Positions 1 to 15,050 of a DNA stretch of 64,000 nucleotides are shown piece after piece (the stretch's first letter is position 1; each line of letters opens with the position of its first letter). The stretch is from Eledone cirrhosa. Taxonomy: Eukaryota. The translations under genes were made by a program, and so were the position numbers. Location of the stretch: NCBI GenBank assembly GCA_964016885.1, contig OZ024746.1, positions 34,658,001 to 34,722,000 of the forward strand, given 5' to 3'. The notes under the pieces were generated by a model. It saw nothing but the letters and a program-made list of their open reading frames with translations, ran no database searches and was not told the origin of the DNA.

Positions 1-290
1 GTAGTGTCCACAAACATGACACTCTGGTATTTTTGGTTGTCGTACCATGAGGTGGCTTTCCCTATCTTATGTTTAGTCCTAGCTAAGCTATTCCATGATT
101 TGGTCCCGTATAATGGGCAAATTTCTTTCATGTCCAGTTCTATGAGGTTCTTATACTTCTCCGTGGCTCCCTCGTATACTCTGATTCTGTTTCTTTGGTT
201 GTAGCCAGAGCACTGCATGCGGTTGATGAAGTGTTGGATGTATTTTTCCATTTCTGTTGGGTCGCACATACGGACACGTTCTTCATCATT
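1..290 (-). pseudogene. Fragment of a PLE-type reverse transcriptase thumb/linker region, running off the window start
   Basis: Manual minus-strand translation EMEKYIQHFINRMQCSGYNQRNRIRVYEGATEKYKNL...CPLYGTKSW...SWYDNQKYQSVMFVDT resembles the RMQxSGY...PLYR...WY...VMFV pattern of invertebrate PLE ORFs; not in the ORF track. Confidence 0.55.
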
Positions 291-299
291 TTTAAGGTA

Positions 300-2005
300 A
301 GAAATTCTATAAATATTCTGTTACAACTTTAAAAGAATTAATCTTTAAAGCGTATTTAAATAATTATTACATATGTATCAAAATCTAATACCATACATAA
401 TTCACCATCAATACATATAATATATTTAGATCATATATTACTCAAATTATTTAATTATGATGTTCTCTTTATGAAATCTTAACTATTCTTTAATTTTCAT
501 TTAATTTCCACGATTAAACTGCAGTTACATTTACTCTCAAAAGTTATTCACCATATACAAACATTTATAACATATCTCTACTCTCACATTCCACGATATT
601 TCGAAAACCATAAATCATCTTTTGCAAATATCATAAAAGATGTCTAGTTAAATATTGAACTGTCCTAATCAAATCATATGATAACGAGACTCTTAATGAA
701 ATAATTCTAATACATATAAATATCAATTAATTATTACCACAATAAGGCAAAAACATATATATATTAAATTATTAATTGTCAATATTTTTTCGAAACGTGT
801 ACAATGCCTACAAAGTTTTACCAATTTTATGGTGACAACTACTGAATAAATCGTTTTTTTTTGTTTGTTTTTTTTATTTGGTGATTAAATTGTCATAATT
901 TGCAATTATCTGTAGAGTCTTGAAGTTACAAATATTGCAATTTTGCGAAATAGTTGCGTTCTGATAGGAATAGGCATACTGTAATTTGGTCCAAGAGATT
1001 GAGTATTTCATATTATTGTCCTTTAAAGACCATATTAATTGCGCATGTGAAGTTCATAATTTCTTATCTGGTATACTAAAAGAATGTCTATGATTAAACC
1101 AACGTTCCTTAAATGTGGATGAAGTGGCACCAATATAGTTATGTATATTATTATTTGTCTTAATGCTACATTTATATACTAGATTCTTGTCAAGGCAATT
1201 ATTTTGTAAAGGACATTCGGACTTCTTTCTACAATTACATTTCTTCTCAATGTTATTTCCAGACCTTAACCTATTCACATTATTATTTACAAGTGTTCTA
1301 CTATTATTTGTATTTAAACTATTATTGTTATTCCCGTTAACTAATGTATTGTTATTATTATTGTTATTATTGCTAATTATTTGTTGGTTCCAATTAAGAT
1401 TTTTACTATTTATTTTTGCAATATTTTGAGCAATATTCATAGTTGTTGATAAAAATCGTTAACTGTGTCTATTGAAAATAGAGTAATATTTATGTGACCA
1501 AGGGGAGCATTTATCCAAGGCTTTAAAAGATAAGTGTGCTACCGGTGTTTTAATAGCTAAATATGCTGGCGGAGCATACCAAATTATAGATCTAGATCTT
1601 ACTATTTCCCCGAGTTATTCCTCAAGTTGTTGTTATAATATTTATTTTTATTATGATTAGTGTGATTCTAATTAATATTATTTTCAGTATTTTTTCTGTA
1701 TACTCAATATTATTGTTATATCCAGCTTTATGTAACCCTTCATTATAATATACAGCCTTACTATTAAATATGGATCTATTAGCTGATAGCCTGGATATTC
1801 GTTGTTGTACACTGTTGACTATTGCATTCTTAACACTTTTAGCATGATTAGAATAAAAACTAACATTATTTAAATTCTCATTGAGTTTATAGAAAGGATA
1901 ATAAAGGCCTGAGTTCAAATTAAGAGTCACGTCTAAAATATTAAGTATTTTATTATTGTTTTCTACTTCTAATTTCAGGTCGTAATTTTTGAAGATTTTA
2001 TGAAA
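300..2005 (-). mobile_element. 5'-truncated, frameshifted Penelope-like element (RT C-terminus, CNCR..CPL..C linker, GIY-YIG; probably Nematis-type) with AT-rich 3' UTR
   Basis: ORFs 1622-1930 (LDVTLNL, SNH, RISRLS) and 1054-1440 (CNCRKKSECPLQNNC, LVYKC, YIGATSSTFKERWFNH); paralogous to the 26312-27870 ORF. Confidence 0.9.
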
Positions 2006-2068
2006 TAAATGACTGCCAATACTGGAATTGTATAATCAAGATGGTAGCGATATGTCATATATCAAATC

Positions 2069-2140
2069 ATATATTTCATCTGATGAAGACGTACTGAAAA
2101 AACAACACAGTACCTTTGAAATATATATAATAAAGCATAT
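2069..2140 (+). ncRNA. Minimal type I hammerhead ribozyme in a probable inverted pseudo-LTR at the 5' end of the PLE
   Basis: CTGATGA (2080-2086), stem II GTACTG/CAGTAC, GAAA-TATATA-TA, imperfect stem I. Confidence 0.6.
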
Positions 2141-2350
2141 ATTTTGTTTATGTGAATATCTTTCATGTGTTAATACATTGAATACTATATATATATATAT
2201 ATATATATATATCAAGTAAGTATGTTTTGAAACAGTGAGCGAGTTTGAAATTAGAAATTATATAGCTTTCACCGTATTTTTGACTAAAGGAATTTTAGCT
2301 TGATAACGGGGTTTATATATATATATACACACACACATATATATATATAT

Positions 2351-2429
<79 letters not shown>

Positions 2430-2475
2430 GAAATGACAGGAGGCTGGATTTGTGTAAATCCTTGAAAGGTTTATT

Positions 2476-2533
2476 ATACTATGATCATTTCAATGACCGG
2501 GTTCCGTATGAATCCGGTGATATCATCAGGTAT
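2476..2533 (-). ncRNA. Minimal type I hammerhead ribozyme
   Basis: Minus strand ATAC-CTGATGA-tatc ACCGGATTC atacg GAACCCGGT catt-GAAA-TGATCA-TA-GTAT. Confidence 0.75.
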
Positions 2534-2904
2534 TCGAAATATAATACGTGAATGTAATAGGTAAAATCCATGGGGCTGAAAATCGAGACCCGAGGGCGAC
2601 CGCTATTCTGTTCCTTCAACCTCAGCCGGTCGCCCTGGAGTGACGTGGCTAAATTTTATAGTATGCTACTACCGGTCAGATGAACGAAAACAGAAAGAGA
2701 TGGGAGCATAGGTTAACGTCGATCCCATGACACAAGGTAAAAGAAAGAAAGAAAGGAAGGAGAAGAAGGGGGAAGAAAGAAGAAGAGAAGTCAGGGTTAA
2801 TGTCAGCTAAAAGAGGAAGGTAACTACTACTGGTCAGATATAGGCAAGCAAGAGGGGGAAGGAAGATAAGTCTGCAGGGAGGAGGAGAGGAGAGAAGGAA
2901 GGGA

Positions 2905-3925
2905 AGAGAGAAGTAGAAAAGTAAGGGTTGATGGCTACAAGAAGGAAGATAGAAAGGAAGAGGAAGAAAGGTCGATATTAATGTCAGACCACAGTCAAGC
3001 CAGGAGTGGCGCGAGAAAATTTTCACAGGGACCCGCATCTTAGCGGAGATGGATATATTGGGAGTCAGTGTTTTACAGTGTTTAGACTTCTAGGATGAAG
3101 TTAACAAAATTTAATAATCAATATTCAATATTAAAGAGGTTAGAAAATTTAAAGTTCAACAGTTTAACAATTAATTATATAATAGTTCCGATTTGTTCTG
3201 TAATTTAAAGGTACTATTTGGCGGTTAAAACAACGGCCGCGCCCCGGGCCCCATGGCGAATTAAGCCACGCCGAGTATTTTCATTTACTGAAAGAAGGGG
3301 AAATTTATTTTTCCAAGCACTCTAGGTGAGCTCGTTCGCCACGGAGCTGGTCGCGCCGCCATTAAAACCCACCCAACAGTCCGACAGAAAGTTGGAACTT
3401 TAAAATTTAGCTTAGAGAAGTAAAAGAGTAATGGTTGATAGCTACAAGAAGGAAGATAGAAAGAGAGAGGAAGGAAGGTCGATATTAATGTCACACCACA
3501 GTCGGGCCAGGAGTGGCGCGACAAAATTTTCACAGGGACTCGCATCTTAGCAGAGGTGAATATATTGGGGGTCAGTGTGTTACAATGTTTAGACTTATAG
3601 GATGAAGTTAAAAAATTAATAAATTAATAATCAATATTCCATATTAAAGAGGTTAGAAAACTTAAAGCTCAACAGTTTCAGGTTGATATATATAATAGTT
3701 CCGATTTGTTCTGTAATTTAAAGGTACTATTTGGCGGTTAAAACACCGGCCGCGCCCCAGGCCCCATGGCTAATTAAGCCACGCCGAGTATTTTCATTTA
3801 CTGAAAGAAGGGGAATTTATTTTTCCAAGCACTCCAGGTGAGCCCGTTCGCCAGGGAGCTGGTCGCGCCGCCGCTAAAACCCACCCAACGGTCCGACAGA
3901 AAGTTGGAACTTTAGAATTTTGCTT
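2905..3925. repeat. ~510 bp tandem duplication (2 diverged copies)
   Basis: gagaagta..gtaa.ggttga..gctacaagaaggaagataga starts at ~2906 and ~3414; both copies end ...ccgacagaaagttggaacttta. Confidence 0.9.
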
Positions 3926-4198
3926 AACTCTATCGGATGAAGTTGAAAGAATTCAGAATAACATTATCAAACTAAGGAGTAAGAGGATTGAGAATTGAAC
4001 AAACAGAAAATTGAAGATTAGACATTCAAATAACTTCTATGAGGTTTTGGGTTGCGGGGTTTAATTAAATAGTCTTTTATGAAGAAACGTTAATTGTATT
4101 ATGTAGATCTGTAATTTATCCTAGTGGGATGTAGAGTACGGGATTTAGTCGTGTAATGTTTAATTTTGTTCTCAGGAGGAGACATTCTAGTGTCGTGT

Positions 4199-4340
4199 GC
4201 TAATGGGTACAGGTCCCAATGTGAGGAGTAGAAATACATGGATACATAGAAGTGGAATACGTGGAAGAGCTAATGGGTACAGGTCCCAATGTGAGGGGTA
4301 GAAATACATGGATACATAGAAGTGGAATACGTGGAAGAGC
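4199..4340. repeat. ~69 bp tandem repeat x2
   Basis: gctaatgggtacaggtcccaatgtgagg.gtagaaatacatggatacatagaagtggaatacgtggaaga repeated. Confidence 0.9.
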
Positions 4341-4963
4341 ACATTGGTACAGCAGAGGTATAAATATATAAACATATCAATATATAGGTATAAACATGTA
4401 AATAAACCAACGAGAGTGGTGTTGGAGTAAGATGGAGAAATCAGGACATTAATACAGCAAACAAAGATGTGAAGATATAGATAAACAAACAATAGTCGTT
4501 GTCTAGTAAATGTAGAGTTCAAGAGACAGGAGAAATACAATATAGTTCGGGTTGCGGTATTTATGTTCCCAGGGGGAAATATTCCAGTGACGTGTGCTGA
4601 GGGTACACGCGAGTAAAAGTCCGAATAAGGGAAGTAGAAAGTACATAGATGTATAGAGGTAGAATACGTGGAGGAGCATTAATACAGCATTTGGTTAGAT
4701 ATATTCAGTCCCATGCCGCTGTTGATTATTACATTTTGAAGTGCTCAACATTTCAGGAGCGTTATTTATTCAGGTTTGAGGTTCACCACTGTATAGAGCT
4801 GGTCTATTCCGTATGGTCAATCGTAATGCAATAATATAGAGAGTACTCAACGTAAAGCAGTTCAACCGTCTTTGTTTTTGTAGTTGGTGGTGCTATTACG
4901 GAGTTAAATATTATAATGAAATGACAGGAGGCTGGATTTGTGTAAATCCTTGAAAGGTTTATT

Positions 4964-5021
4964 ATACTATGATCGTTTCAATGACCGGGTTCCGTATGAA
5001 TCCGGTGATATCATCAGGTAT
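4964..5021 (-). ncRNA. Minimal hammerhead ribozyme, second copy (one stem III substitution)
   Basis: Same as 2476-2533 except GAAA-CGATCA-TA. Confidence 0.65.
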
Positions 5022-5138
5022 TCGAAATATAATACGTGAATGTAATAGGTAAAATCCATGGGAACATAAATCCCTGGGAATTTCTGGCAATATTATAATA
5101 ATATGACCCTCCCCAAGTATAACAAGCTCTCTCTCTTT

Positions 5139-5215
<77 letters not shown>

Positions 5216-5224
5216 TTTGTATAT

Positions 5225-6930
5225 GTATAATAAAGCCAACACAATGCAAGTATGGACATAGAATAAAGAATGCAAATGCAAAAGATATTGTTGACAATTA
5301 GTCTTTTAACTTCGATTTATTTAAATGTCCTTAATTTTCGAGATAATATTTCTTCTTCGGAGCGAAGCAAAGCGGTTAAACCAGTGTTCTAAATAGCTTG
5401 CCAAGTCATGCTGACGGGAAATGGTATAGAGTATCTGTTCTATCTCTGATGTCAAAGTGTAAAGGTTAGGTGGACAAAGAGTAGTCTCCCTTTAAAAGGG
5501 TTTTTTTTGTACATGCCTGTTTAAGTGTGTGGGAGAATGCGTGAATGTGTAAATATGTGTGTGTGTGTGTGAGTGTGAGAAGATATGTGTATACGTAAAT
5601 GTGGGGGATAGATGTTCTCTCGTGTTAGAACTGGTCTTTGTGTGTGTATGTGTGTGTGTGAGAGAGAATAAGTGGAGGAGGTGTAAGCGTGTGTGTGTGT
5701 GTGCGTATGTGTGTGTGAGGGGGGGGGGTAAATACAGGGCTACATGCTCTATCAAGTTATAAATTGGGTGTTGAGTTCTAGTCTATTATTGATTGGTGGT
5801 AGTGTGTTGTCTATAATTAGTGCTTCCTTAATTCCGAAATTGCCGAGGTTTCTTTCCTTAGTTTCTATCCTAACTGTTATGGTTTTGCCGGTCTTTTTAC
5901 ATTTAACTAGGTGTTTTTTTATTCTTATGTGGAGTGGTCTGGTGGTGCTACCTACGTAGAAGTTGCTGCATTTGTCGCACTCTAGTCTGTATACGACGTA
6001 AGCCTGGTGGCATAGGTATGTGTCGTTGATGGGGCAGTTGGCTAGCCTGCAGCGGTTGTCATGTCTAGTGGAGTGTCTTTTGGTTAGACGTCCACGTAGA
6101 GAAGGACCTGAGTGGGCCAGTTGTATATCTAGTCCCTCTCGTTTGATAGCTCTGCGGATGGCTGTTGTTGTTTCGTCACTGAAGTGTGGGAGCTTCCGGA
6201 AGCAAGTATTAGTGCCTCGGGTGTGGTGTCCTCTGTTCTTTCTGGCACGGTTTGTGGTGGGTGTCGTTTATCCGTTCAGTTTGCGTACTTCCACGAAATG
6301 TGTGGTCTGGTTGTCTCGGTCTCTAGCGTCGGTGCATTTGTTCCGGATACGTGTTACTTCGTTCCTTATGTATCCGACTGGAAGGGCCGATCTGAAATGT
6401 ACGAACAGGTCTCTGCTGGCGGCTTTTTTATAGAAGCGGGTGTGGATGTTGTCTTCCTCTGTTACCCTGAGCTGGAAGTCCAGTATGGATAGGAATCCGC
6501 GATCATCGGAGTGTTCCATGCTAAACTTTATACTGGCGTCCATGCTGGAGAATGTTGTGTATATTTTATCCGCCTTCTCGCGGGATGATGTAAGGATGAG
6601 TATGTCATCTACATATCGGGTGAAGAAGGTATGGGAATGGCAGGTGTTGAGGGCTCGGCATTCTAGCTGGTTCATATAGGTGATGGCCAGCAGGCCCGAT
6701 AGGCTGGATCCCATGGGAAATCCTGTTGTCCGTATGCATGTGTGGTGGTGGAAGGTGAAGTACGTGTTGTCCACTGTGAAGGACAAAAGCTGGTGTATGT
6801 CTGTCGGATGGAGGGCGTAGCAGTGGATGTCCTCTGCGATCATGCAGTCCGTCAATAAATCCACAGCTGGATGAGCGAGGACTGTAGTGTAGAGGGAGAC
6901 AACATCGAGTCTAAAGGCGTACCTATTTAG
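5225..6930 (-). mobile_element. 5'-truncated Penelope-like element (RT plus GIY-YIG, stops and frameshifts) with 3' UTR/pLTR
   Basis: LDVVSLYT, GFPMGSSLSGLLA, RYVDDIL, FYKK in ORF 6268-6930; manual translation CRLANCPINDTYLCHQAYVVYRLECDKCSNFYVGSTTRPLHIRIKKHL at ~5900-6050; bounded by (TA)n on both sides. Confidence 0.9.
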
Positions 6931-6954
6931 TTTATATATATATATATATATATA

Positions 6955-8380
6955 TAGTGCAAATTTAGACGGCAACAAAGCAGACAAATAATGGTTTATT
7001 AGGTTCAGGACTTGAGATTGGGGGGTCGTTTCTGGCACAAGCCCTTCTTCAGGAGTAAATAGATTAGGATGAGAGTTTCGAAGGTGTGTGGAAATACATT
7101 TAGAAAAAATGTGGAAGGAGAACAAATAAAAATAAAAATAAACGTAAAAATAAACATAAGAATGAACAAGTGGTGGAAGGGTGCGAGGCGTGTTAGGGTG
7201 GGGGCGGGTGGAGTTGGGTTAGTGAGGCGGGTGTGGGGTCGAAGCGGGGAAGGCTGAAGCTGGTGTTTGTGTATGTGTGTAGGTGTATGAGAGTGTGTTT
7301 GCATGTGTATGTGAGAGGAAGAACGAGGTTCCATGTTCAGGAAAAGATGTGTACGTGGGGTGGGGTGTAAGTCGGTGTGTGCGTGCGTGTGGCAGGCGAG
7401 GGGTCAGAGGATGGGGGAGGTAGCGTGTGGATTCCGGAGTTTGAGTGTGTATATGTGGGGTTACGCACGTGTGTATTTATAAGTGGTGTGGATGTGGGTG
7501 GCGTGGTGCGAAAAAAAGGTGAGTGTATGTTCGTGGGTAAGTTGGTGAGATAGTTCCATCGAGTTTGAGAAGAGTGGCTGGATATATGTCATGTCATGGA
7601 GTGGATGGCTGGAGAAATTCCAGTTGGTGTAGAATCCAATGTTGGTGGTGGTCGGAAGTAGAGGGAAGAGGGGTGCGCGCGCAACAGGAAGTGGTCAGAG
7701 GCTCAAGACAAGGTGAAGATATAGCAGTAGAGCAGGATGAAGAGATAGCAGTAGAGCGGGGTGACAGGTGGTGTAAGGTCAGTGTGGTGAGGAGTGTGTG
7801 TGTGTGTCTGTGTCTGCGACGGTGCGGTGGTCAGGGAAGAGGATGGGTAGTTGTGAAGGGTGGATGGGGAAGGTGGTGAAGTGAGGTGATGGGGTGTATA
7901 TTAGTAGAGGCGTTAGTGGGATGTGTGTGTGTGAAGGGGTGTAGCGGAGGGGGGAGAGGGAGAGATGGAGAGAGAGAGAGGGGGAAAGAAGAGGTATTGG
8001 GGGAGCAGGAGGGAGTGTAGTGTACTGGTATGTGTGGGTGTGTGTTTGGATGAGTGTGTGTGTGTGGTAAAGGGGGTGTTAGTGGGTGTTAGTATTATAT
8101 GTGGTGGGGAAAGGGTTGAAAGCGTGTGTATAAGTGGGGGTTAGTGGTGGTTGGGTGTGCGGTATGGGAGGTGTACATAGGTGTGGGTGTGTGTGCGTGT
8201 GATGGTGTGTGTTCGTGTGCGTGGGGTGGGGTGGAGGTTAGTGATGTTAGTTGTGGGGTGGATGGAATTGATGTGTGGGTGAGGATTATAGGTGGTAGTA
8301 GGGTGTGTGGATAGTGTGAGTGCGTGTATATATGTTCAGGTGGGTGTGTGCGTGTTAGGGGGAGGGGTGGGGATGTTAAA
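6955..8380 (-). repeat. GT/GA-rich low-complexity block ending in a pLTR-like segment with a degenerate hammerhead core; probable 3' UTR of another PLE
   Basis: Minus strand CTGAAGA-AGG gcttgtg CCA-GAAA at ~7028-7052, followed by AATAAA and then (TA)n. Confidence 0.35.
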
Positions 8381-8740
8381 AAATATATATATATATATAT
8401 AAATATATATATATATTTTTTTTATATCCATACATACAAATATATGTATATAGGAGTGCCTGCATTTGTATCATTCTGTATCACTATGTATTTTTCTCTA
8501 AATATATTTTTCTCAATTTACTTTGATCTAGCAGTTGAGTGACTATATACAATAGAAAATAGTAACATAAGTAAACATGAAAGAACAGCCGCACTCCCAC
8601 TGTCATCGTCTACATCTCTCTCCCCCTCCTTATATATCCGTATGGTGAGCAATTGCGAGTTGGACGGCTCTTCCAGCGAATCTCCCTTACCATCCTCCGG
8701 GGAAATGCATTCTCCATTATATATATTTATATATATATAT

Positions 8741-9212
8741 ACGATATTAAATAAATGGAAACTATATTTATAAAACCATATTTATTTCATTATATATATT
8801 TCAGGGATATCATATTAACAATATGTTATGCCTTCTTCAGACAAAATACAATATAGACAGTTTTATAGATAAATAGATTTGACATACCGTTCAACATCGA
8901 CTTGTATTTGAAAAGTTGATTTGGCAAATCAACTTAACTGCCAAATCAATTTTTCAAATACAAGTCGATGTTGAACGGTATGTCAAATCTATTTATCTAT
9001 AAAACTGTCTATATTGTATTTTGTCTGAAGAAGGCATAACATATTGTTAATATGATATCCCTGAAATATATATAATGAAATAAATATGGTTTTATAAATA
9101 TAGTTTCCATTTATTTAATATCGTAAATATACTCCAAATATTTGTTGAGTGCTTTTATATCAGTTATAACTATTTACTAGTTGTAACCCAACAATTTTAA
9201 ATATAACTTTCC
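8741..9212 (+). mobile_element. Fold-back palindrome (arms 8741-8926 and 8939-9124) plus unique tail; inverted PLE pseudo-LTR pair
   Basis: Near-perfect 186 bp inverted repeat, 12 nt spacer, in (TA)n; tail has an actc...gagtgc hairpin. Confidence 0.85.
9017..9082 (+). ncRNA. Minimal hammerhead ribozyme (mirror copy at 8783-8848, minus strand)
   Basis: TATTTTGT-CTGAAGA-stem II-GAAA-TATATA-TA-ATGAAATA. Confidence 0.75.
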
Positions 9213-9237
9213 ATATATATATATATATATATATATT

Positions 9238-9639
9238 TAAAAGAATAGAGGTGTAAAACACGAGTTGTGATATATTGGAAAAAGGAAAAGAAAATGCTGA
9301 CAAATTGTTCCCAGTTAAAAATAGTTTAATTAGGAATAAGTAAAAATTAGTAATAAGTATTGGTTAGTATTCAGTTTTAGTTTTAAGTTTTTACCAGTTG
9401 CGCATTTCTAATGCTTTTCAAAAATAATTTTGCGATAGAGCGCCCGTGATGTTTGCTCTAATCAGATTAGAGCAAACATCACGGGCGCTCTATCACAAAA
9501 TTATTTTTGAAAAGCATTAGAAATGCGCAACCGGTAAGAACTTAAAACTAAAACTGAATACTAACCAATACTTTTTACTTATTCCTAATTAAACTATTTT
9601 TAACTGGGAACAATTTGTCAGCATTTTCTTTTCCTTTTA

Positions 9640-9645
<6 letters not shown>
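9238..9645 (-). mobile_element. Fold-back palindrome centred at ~9464 plus tail; same pLTR family as 24700-24893
   Basis: ...gtttgctctaatc-a-gattagagcaaac..., arms ~185 bp; same sequence precedes the PLE at 24895 and a fragment recurs at 31024-31080. Confidence 0.85.
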
Positions 9646-9679
<34 letters not shown>

Positions 9680-9739
9680 AAGAAATTCCATCGGAAAAGT
9701 CCAGGAAAAAAGAGTGCTCTATGTAGGCAACAGAGCTTA

Positions 9740-11468
<1,729 letters not shown>

Positions 11469-11478
11469 TAAATATACA

Positions 11479-11576
<98 letters not shown>

Positions 11577-11707
11577 GAGCTATATCTGAAGAGCTATATC
11601 TTTCCATTGGAAATTCTCTGAATCTGAATATATATATTTATATATATATGTCGTTTCTGAATTTGTTTAGCATGATTCTTTATCTGAAAACATGTGTTGA
11701 AACCGAT

Positions 11708-11975
11708 ATTGTTATACTTTGGGAGAGTCATGTTGCCAATAAGAAACACACGCACCAAAACCAGATGGCGTAGGATAGAACAAAGAGAGGCACAAAACAT
11801 GAACAATATATGAAAAACCGTCCGGTTGTGGAACCAACCAGCCTACCGGCAATTTATAAATTTATAAACTTTTTGGAAAAATTTAAAAAAATGTTTTTTT
11901 ATTTATAATTAATTGGAATGGAAGCAACTGATGCGTGGTGTGTTTATTATTGGCATCATGACCCTCCCAAAGTAT

Positions 11976-11981
<6 letters not shown>
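11708..11981. repeat. Short element with imperfect ~45 bp inverted termini (ttgttatactttggga.../...tcccaaagtataacaa)
   Basis: 11709-11755 vs 11932-11980; the terminus recurs at 5082-5125, 30950-31003 and 33741-33792. Confidence 0.7.
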
Positions 11982-12031
<50 letters not shown>

Positions 12032-12577
12032 GTGAGTTAATGCCTCATCTTCAAATACATGAAGCACCACTGTGAATAGAAATCCTAAACTTAAGCTCTC
12101 GTGCCTTCCAGGGCAAGCATACTTACACAAATTCACGAAACCCTCTGATCGCGTATTATTTTCATTCATAAAATAGAGACATAGAACTTCCTTGTTATAA
12201 ACATTTTCTTTATATTAATAATGCATATTTTACGATACATGATATAGGATAAATAAAGATCAATTTTCTCATGGGTGATTTTGGATGGGCCGAAAATGAA
12301 GTGAGTTGTATTAAAATCAAAATATATTGGCATCTACATTCTTCATGTTTCTTTAACTAGAGTATTTTTAAAAGTTAAAGCATTCTAATATTTACTGAGA
12401 GATTTCGATTTTTTTATATAGGCGTATTCGTTCTTGTTAGGTTTTAAGCTTACAGTTTTGTACATATTACTTGTTACTTCTATAAAGTATTAAAGAGCAG
12501 TTATCTCCTGTGTTAACATTAACTATTATACATCTATATATGATATAAATATAAAATGTTTCGCCACCATGTGTGCA

Positions 12578-12642
<65 letters not shown>

Positions 12643-12904
12643 GTATATATAAAGGCGCACGTGTGTTTCTGTGTGTGTATGTGTAACTATGTATGTACAT
12701 GTTGAACAATTTGCCTTCTTGCCGCTCCAACTGAATAATTTATTTCCCTTCTGGGCTTACATAAAGATGTTTTCCTTCTCGAATACCGTAGGGGTAAGAT
12801 TTGCTTATGGTTTGAAATGGTTTCTCTGCAGGGATTGGTACTGTTTATTTAAAAAGAATGATAAAAGCGTGATATCTGTGTATATACACCTACAAACACA
12901 CACA

Positions 12905-12981
<77 letters not shown>

Positions 12982-13046
12982 ATATATATATATAGATATA
13001 TATTTACATATAGTATATATATAAATATATATATACATAAATATAT

Positions 13047-13169
<123 letters not shown>

Positions 13170-13552
13170 ATAGATAGATATTTATATACACATACATATA
13201 TATATATATATATATACGTGTGTGTGTGTGTTTGCATATCTGTATACATATAAGTTTGCGCGTGGTTACGAGTGTATGTGCATGTATTCATGTCCTTGCT
13301 TTTTTCATTCCTCAAATTTACTTGTGCAAAACCCCCGGGCACACGCCTGCTGGATATGGAATTAATTATATATATTGTGCTGTATGTATTTACGGATGTA
13401 TACGCGCGCATGCACATGTACATACGCATATATGCCTGTGAGTGTGTGCGCGTGTGTTCTTATACATATAAATTATCATACCTACGAACACAACCATTTT
13501 TTTCCTCATTCACTATAACTTTAACAAAGTCGCTCACACAGACTGGCGTAAG

Positions 13553-13615
<63 letters not shown>

Positions 13616-13777
13616 ATATATATATATCATTTTTGCTCTACGGTTCTTATATATCTGATATATATTTATCCTTATCGAACCATCTTTGGATTTTAGTCTT
13701 CAAATTTATTATTACTACTATATATATATGTATAATTTGAAATAGAATCCGCCTTTATGTATATATATATATATATT

Positions 13778-13862
<85 letters not shown>

Positions 13863-13938
13863 ATATATATATGTATATATATATATATTTATATATATAT
13901 ATATATATATAAATATATATATATACATATATATATAT

Positions 13939-13980
<42 letters not shown>

Positions 13981-13983
<3 letters not shown>

Positions 13984-14394
13984 GAGGCGCATTCTATTTC
14001 AAGTTATACAGCAACTCTATACAGAGAATAAACATAATTTAACTTCTATCGTTTACATAAAATTGTAACTATAATTAATCAAAATAAATAACATCTCTAT
14101 ATTGTTTAAACATCCTTACATGTGTAGGAAATGACAGTAAGGAATGAAACGTCACTTAAATTATATATAACCTGTGTCTAGTAGTATGACATGTTTCTTA
14201 GATGGTCAATGTTGACTTCTGGAAATGTAGAAGAATCTGCGCGGAGATATTGGTGGGTAGAAAAAAAATTAAATGGCGAAATATATAAATATATTAAGCA
14301 CGTGTACATGATCGTGTCTGAGTACAACTGTGTAAAGAGAAAACGAATTAAAGACACATATACTAATACAAGTATACGTAAAGACACGCACCAC

Positions 14395-14458
<64 letters not shown>

Positions 14459-14497
14459 ATTGTGTGTGTATGTGTATATATATATATATATATATGC

Positions 14498-14530
<33 letters not shown>

Positions 14531-14543
14531 TATGCATATTATA

Positions 14544-14607
<64 letters not shown>

Positions 14608-15050
14608 TATATACACATACACATAAATATATATATGTATGGGTGGTGCGTGTCTTTACGTATACTTGTATTAATATGTCTTTAATTCGTTTTCTCTTTA
14701 CACAGTTGTACTCAGACACAATCATGTACACGTGCTTAACATATTTGTATATTTCGCCATTTAATTTTTTTTCTAGCCACCAATATCTCCACGCAGATTC
14801 TTCTACATTTCCAGAAGACAACATTGACCATCTAAGAAACATGTCATACTACTATACACAGGTTATATATAATTTAAGTGACGTTTCATTCCTTACTGTT
14901 ATTTCCTACTTGTAAGGATGTTTAAACATTATAGAGATTTTATTTATTTTGATTAAATATAGTTACCATTCCATGTAAACGATAGCAGTAAGATTATGTT
15001 CATTCCCTGTACAGATTTGCTGTATAATTTGAAATAGAATGCGCCTCTAT
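13981..15050. repeat. ~415 bp diverged inverted duplication around a ~235 bp (TA)n/(TG)n spacer
   Basis: 13981-14399 is the reverse complement of 14638-15050 with scattered mismatches; a 28 bp echo at 13730-13758. Confidence 0.9.

Larger units (their letters stand above)
2424..5125 (-). mobile_element. ORF-less element bounded by ~150 bp direct repeats (2424-2574, 4912-5062), each holding a hammerhead; non-autonomous PLE or retrozyme-like
   Basis: Near-identical repeats 2488 bp apart; internal ~510 bp and ~69 bp tandem duplications; flanked by (TA)n and (CT)n(TA)n. Confidence 0.7.

Noticed and set aside
4199-4340. CRISPR-like repeat
   Set aside because: Head-to-tail duplication without unique spacers, in a eukaryotic context with no cas genes
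6931-7125. N-terminal ~65 aa of the 285 aa ORF 6268-7125 as part of the RT
   Set aside because: Reads through a (TA)n tract from a different element's non-coding end; RT similarity starts only near 6925
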